From contig CAXXVO010000021.1 in NCBI GenBank assembly GCA_963422645.2, positions 64,001 through 128,000 of the forward strand: DNA of 64,000 bases, written 5' to 3'. Below the pieces are notes generated by a model that saw only the letters and a list, made by a program, of their open reading frames with translations, searched no databases and was not told the DNA's origin. The DNA is from Alphaproteobacteria bacterium (GTDB taxonomy: Bacteria > Pseudomonadota > Alphaproteobacteria > UBA828). The first letter of the stretch is position 1, and every line of letters starts with the position of its first letter. Shown here piece after piece: positions 60,258 to 64,000 of this stretch. Both the position numbers and the translations under genes were made by a program.

Positions 60258-61031
60258 ATGCACCAGGACGTTGTCGACCTCAATGCCTTCTACCTGACCC
60301 GCCTCGGCCGGGTCACGCGCCGGATCCTGGACCAGCAGATCCGCCGGGTGTGGCCGCGCGTGCGCGAGGAGGTGGTTCTGGGGATCGGCTACCCGGTGCC
60401 CTTCCTCGGGCTCTTTCGTGAGGAGGCGGACCGCGTGTTCGCGGTCATGCCGGCGGGCCAGGGGGTGATGGCCTGGCCCGAGAGCGGCGGGCGGCAGGTC
60501 GCGCTCGCCGACGACGGCGTCCTGCCGCTGCCCGACGGCTGCATCGACCGCATCCTCATCGTCCACGGGCTGGAGTTCAGCGAGCAGCGCCGGCCCATGC
60601 TGGACGAGGTGTGGCGGGTGATGCGGCCGGACGGACGCATCCTGGTGCTGGTGCCGAACCGCCACGGCCTCTGGGCCCGCGCCGAGGCCACGCCCTTCGG
60701 CCACGGCTCGCCCTTCAGCGCATCCCAGCTGGGCCGGCTGCTGCGCGAGCACCGTTTCGCCCCGGTCGCTTCGGGCGGGATGCTCTTCTTCCCGCCCACG
60801 GGCTCGCGCGCGGTGCTGCGCACGGCTGCCGTCTGGCAGCGCGTGGGGCGCCATCTCGGGCGCCCCTTCGGCGGCATCGTCTACGTCGAGGCGGGCAAGA
60901 CCGTGTTCGAGGCCCTTCCCATCACGGCGCGCCGCCGCCGCCGGGTCATCGTGCCGCTGCCGCAGCCGGTGCCGGCAGGCGCGCGAACGGCCGCCGGAGA
61001 CTGCGGCTTACCGTCGCGCTGCGGAGAGTAG
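60258..61031 (+). CDS. Class I SAM-dependent methyltransferase (YafS-like)
   Basis: DVVDLNAFY..LG, MPAGQGV, HGLE, TPFGHG.PFS. Confidence 0.85.
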   Translation: MHQDVVDLNAFYLTRLGRVTRRILDQQIRRVWPRVREEVVLGIGYPVPFLGLFREEADRVFAVMPAGQGVMAWPESGGRQVALADDGVLPLPDGCIDRILIVHGLEFSEQRRPMLDEVWRVMRPDGRILVLVPNRHGLWARAEATPFGHGSPFSASQLGRLLREHRFAPVASGGMLFFPPTGSRAVLRTAAVWQRVGRHLGRPFGGIVYVEAGKTVFEALPITARRRRRVIVPLPQPVPAGARTAAGDCGLPSRCGE

Positions 61032-61652
61032 GAAGACCGCCTGCTCGCCGAAGAGGTTGGCGAAGCGACCGGTGCCGCTGAAGTGGCGCACTCGGCCCCG
61101 TGAATCCACCTGGGTGCGGCGCTCAATGCCGATGTCGAGCTCGCGGCAAAGCATCACGAAGTCCTTGATCGTGCACGGCCTGATCATCGGGGTCTCGTAC
61201 CAGAGCTCGCCGGAGCCGACGGGCGCCGGCATCCGGCCCCGTGTCAGCAAGTGCAGCCGGTTGCGCCAGTGACCGAAGTTTGGGATCGAGACGATCGCGC
61301 TTCTGCCGATCCTGAGCAGCTCCAGCAGCACGCCCTTGGGGTCTCGGACCGCAGGCAGGGTCTGGCTCAGCACCACGTAGTCGAAGGCGGCGTCCGGGTA
61401 GTCGGCGAGGTCGGTCTCGGCGTCGCCCTGGATGACCGAGAGCCCGCGTCTCACGGAGGCGTTGACTCCCTCATGGCTGATCTCGATGCCGCGGCCGTCG
61501 ACGCTCTTCTCTCGCGCGAGTAGTTCCAGCAGCGCGCCGTCGCCGCAGCCGATGTCGAGCAGCCTGGAGCCCGGCTCCACCAGCTCGGCGATCAGGCGAT
61601 GGTCGGGGCGGGCGCTCTGGCGCATGGGTTGCCGCTGCGGGCCTGCATTCAT
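61008..61652 (-). CDS. metW: Methionine biosynthesis protein MetW
   Basis: LDIGCGDG, LSQTL, PNFGHW, TIKDF; downstream of metX. Confidence 0.93.
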   Translation of the reverse strand: MNAGPQRQPMRQSARPDHRLIAELVEPGSRLLDIGCGDGALLELLAREKSVDGRGIEISHEGVNASVRRGLSVIQGDAETDLADYPDAAFDYVVLSQTLPAVRDPKGVLLELLRIGRSAIVSIPNFGHWRNRLHLLTRGRMPAPVGSGELWYETPMIRPCTIKDFVMLCRELDIGIERRTQVDSRGRVRHFSGTGRFANLFGEQAVFLLSAARR

Positions 61653-61662
61653 GGACGAGGTC

Positions 61663-62832
61663 TCAGGGGCTGCTGAGCCCGCGCCTGGCGGCGGCGCCGC
61701 TCAGAAACCCGTGCAGGGTCTCGAACATGTCCGGCTCGTCGAGCAGGAAGGAGTCGTGCCCCTTGTCGCTCACCACCTCGACGAAGCTCACGTTGGCGGC
61801 GACGGCGGCGAGCGCGCGCACGAAGGCCCGGTTCTCCGACGTGGGGTAGAGCCAGTCGCTGGTGAACGAAATCACGCAAAAGCGGGTCTCGGCGCCGCGA
61901 AACGCATTGGCGAGCACACCGTCGTACTCGGCCGCGAGGTCGAAATAGTCCATCGCGCGGGTGATGTAGAGGTAGGAGTTGGCGTCGAAGCGCTCGACGA
62001 AGCTCTGCCCCTGATAGCGGAGGTAGCTCTCGACCTGAAAGTCCGCATCGAAGCCGTAGGTGACGTTGGACCTGTCCTGCAGCGCCCGGCCGAACTTCCG
62101 GTGCAGTGCGGCTTCCGAGAGATAGGTGATGTGCGCGGCCATGCGCGCTACCGCGAGGCCGCCGACCGGATTGGTGCCGAGTTCCTGGTAGCGGCCCTCG
62201 CGCCATTCGGGGTCGGCCATGATCGCCTGACGGCCGACCTCGTTGAGCGCGATGTTCTGCGCCGAATGCTTGGCGGCACAGGCGATGGGAACGGCGGTGA
62301 AGCAGCGCTCCGGAAAACTCGCCACCCATTGCAGCACCTGCATGCCGCCCATGGAGCCGCCGGAGACGCAGAACAACTGCTCGATCCCCAGATGGTCGAG
62401 CAGCATGGCCTGGGCCTTGACCATGTCGCGGATGGTGATAACCGGAAATTCTAGGCCCCACGGGCGGCCGGTAGCGGGGTTGATCTCCTTCGGCCCGACA
62501 GTGCCCATGCAGCCGCCGAGCACGTTGCAGCAAATCACGAAGTAGCGGTCGGTGTCGAAGGTCTTGCCGGGCCCCACCATCAGCTCCCACCAGCCGGGCT
62601 TGCCGGTGACCGGGTGAGGGCCCCGGACGAACTGGTCGCCGGTGAGCGCGTGGCAGAGCAGCACCGCGTTGGAGCGCTCCTTATTCAGCGTGCCGTAGGT
62701 CTGATAGGCGAGCGTGAAGGGCCCCAGCGAGACGCCGCAATCGAGCTCGAGCGGCGTCTCCCGGCCGAGCTCGACGCTCAGGCCGGTCTGTGAATGCGCC
62801 GCCGCGGCTTGGCTCTTGGGCATTGCGGTCAT
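61663..62832 (-). CDS. metX: Homoserine O-acetyltransferase
   Basis: [28 protein letters not shown]. Confidence 0.95.
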   Translation of the reverse strand: MTAMPKSQAAAAHSQTGLSVELGRETPLELDCGVSLGPFTLAYQTYGTLNKERSNAVLLCHALTGDQFVRGPHPVTGKPGWWELMVGPGKTFDTDRYFVICCNVLGGCMGTVGPKEINPATGRPWGLEFPVITIRDMVKAQAMLLDHLGIEQLFCVSGGSMGGMQVLQWVASFPERCFTAVPIACAAKHSAQNIALNEVGRQAIMADPEWREGRYQELGTNPVGGLAVARMAAHITYLSEAALHRKFGRALQDRSNVTYGFDADFQVESYLRYQGQSFVERFDANSYLYITRAMDYFDLAAEYDGVLANAFRGAETRFCVISFTSDWLYPTSENRAFVRALAAVAANVSFVEVVSDKGHDSFLLDEPDMFETLHGFLSGAAARRGLSSP

Positions 62833-63003
62833 CGTTCACCCGGCTCCCAACGGCCGCGCCCCTTCGCCGGGTCGCTGGCCGCAAGTATCGCCGAAAGGGG
62901 GACAGACAGTTGCGATTTGAACCCGAAAGTCAATGTTCTCTTTGATTTTACCACGGTCTTGGACTAGGACTCGCCACCCCCCTTTAGCCGTGTTAGCCAT
63001 GCC

Positions 63004-63918
63004 ATGAACAGGCCTTCGCCGGAGGATTCTCCGCTCGCCGCAATGCGCGACGAGATCGACGAGATCGACAACACGATCCACGATCTCCTGTTGCGCCGGA
63101 TGGCGCTTGCCAATCGCATCAGCGAGACCAAGCGCGCTCGCGGTGCCACCGGCGCGCTGCTGCGGCCGGCGCGCGAGGCCGCAATCCTCAGGCGGCTCAA
63201 GGCGCGGCACGAGGGGCCCTTTCCCTTCCCCGTCGTCGTGCGGATCTGGTCCGAGATCATGTCGGCGACGCTCTTCGCCGAGGGCGGCTTCGCGGTCTCG
63301 GTGTTCACGGTCGACGAGCCCACTGAGGAAAACCGCTTTGCCGACCTGGCGCGGGTCCACTTTGGCGCCGAGACTCCCTTGCTCGCCGCCCAGACGGAAA
63401 GCGGCGTGCTGCGCGGCGTGCGCGACGGCAAGGCGTCGGTCGGCGTGCTACCCGTGCCTGCGGACGCGATGAGCGGCGGCGTCGCGGTGAGTGCCGAGCC
63501 CTGGTGGCTGACGCTGGCCGTCAGCGACGAGGAGCGGCCGATGATCGTCTCGCGCCTGCCCTGGCTTGCGGGCGGACGGCACGCCGCCGGCAGGACCAAC
63601 GCGCTAGTGGTGGCCATGACCCCTCCGGCGCCGTCGGGCGATGACGTCTCGTATCTCGCGGTGCAATCGTCGGACACGATCAGCCGCGACCGCATTCGCT
63701 CGGCGCTTGCCGTGGCCGGCATCGCGGTGACCGGCTCCGTGGCCTGGTACGGCGATGGCGGCGCGCCCGGCCGCTGGCAGCTGATCGAGGTCGATGGCTT
63801 CGTCGCCGAGACCGACCAGCGGTTGCAGCGCTTCGCCGAGCAGCTGGACGACGATGTCGGGCGGATCGCGGTGCTGGGCAGCTACCCGAGGCCGCCCGCG
63901 CCCGAGCGCGCCGGCTGA
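63004..63918 (+). CDS. Chorismate mutase with PDT-like C-terminal region
   Basis: RDEIDEID..LL..R, RPARE; C-terminal LGSYP. Confidence 0.88.
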   Translation: MNRPSPEDSPLAAMRDEIDEIDNTIHDLLLRRMALANRISETKRARGATGALLRPAREAAILRRLKARHEGPFPFPVVVRIWSEIMSATLFAEGGFAVSVFTVDEPTEENRFADLARVHFGAETPLLAAQTESGVLRGVRDGKASVGVLPVPADAMSGGVAVSAEPWWLTLAVSDEERPMIVSRLPWLAGGRHAAGRTNALVVAMTPPAPSGDDVSYLAVQSSDTISRDRIRSALAVAGIAVTGSVAWYGDGGAPGRWQLIEVDGFVAETDQRLQRFAEQLDDDVGRIAVLGSYPRPPAPERAG

Positions 63919-63936
63919 CGAGCGGGGGGTACTGCG

Positions 63937-64000
63937 ATGCCGGTCGAGCCCATTCCCCGCCCCGGGATCATGGAGATCTCGCCTTACGTGGGCGGGCGGT
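63937..64000 (+). CDS. hisC: Histidinol-phosphate aminotransferase, 5' end (runs off window)
   Basis: MPVEPIPRPGIMEISPYVGG; typical position after chorismate mutase. Confidence 0.75.
   Translation, partial: MPVEPIPRPGIMEISPYVGGR

Noticed and set aside
62833-62935. SAM-II/SAM-alpha riboswitch upstream of metX
   Set aside because: Has a CTTGCGGCCA-like segment and a hairpin but lacks the GUGAUUU and GCUAAA elements in the leader; an Rfam scan would decide
1-64000. CRISPR array, cas genes, tRNA or rRNA
   Set aside because: No regularly spaced repeat-spacer pattern or recognisable RNA gene seen by eye; the repeats found are IS copies or IS ends

Overview
GC-rich bacterial DNA, probably an alphaproteobacterium (inferred from the phbB/metW/metX/chorismate mutase/hisC gene context). 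About 1-28.7 kb and 33.7-51.75 kb are a decayed, IS-riddled conjugative element or genomic island. A 5-kb block of core-like genes (pepF, enoyl-CoA hydratase, a halohydrin dehalogenase-type SDR, GT2, a broken rfbA) sits between them, and ordinary chromosome follows from 51.75 kb. The island carries: (i) two related modules, each with an apparent TGT-type transposon end, in which an ATPase gene (intact istA/istB in one, a truncated remnant in the other) is followed by a TOPRIM primase-like gene; one also has an AAA_25 helicase and an origin-like inverted repeat; (ii) a leading-region-like cassette with ssb, a truncated ssb, a five-zinc-ribbon protein and an unannotated small-protein family present twice; (iii) one tightly coupled 8-gene defence operon fitA-vapC-hsdRMS-vsr-dcm-(MORC/GHKL + histidine kinase), cut off by IS3; (iv) traN, NADAR, an HU fusion, Fic and a HEPN-like remnant; (v) IS21 (2 identical full copies + 1 partial), IS3, IS66 x2, IS1202-like, Transposase_29-like and IS1182/IS5-like elements. 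No rRNA, tRNA or CRISPR array was seen. All family calls come from motif reading by eye; no database search was run.
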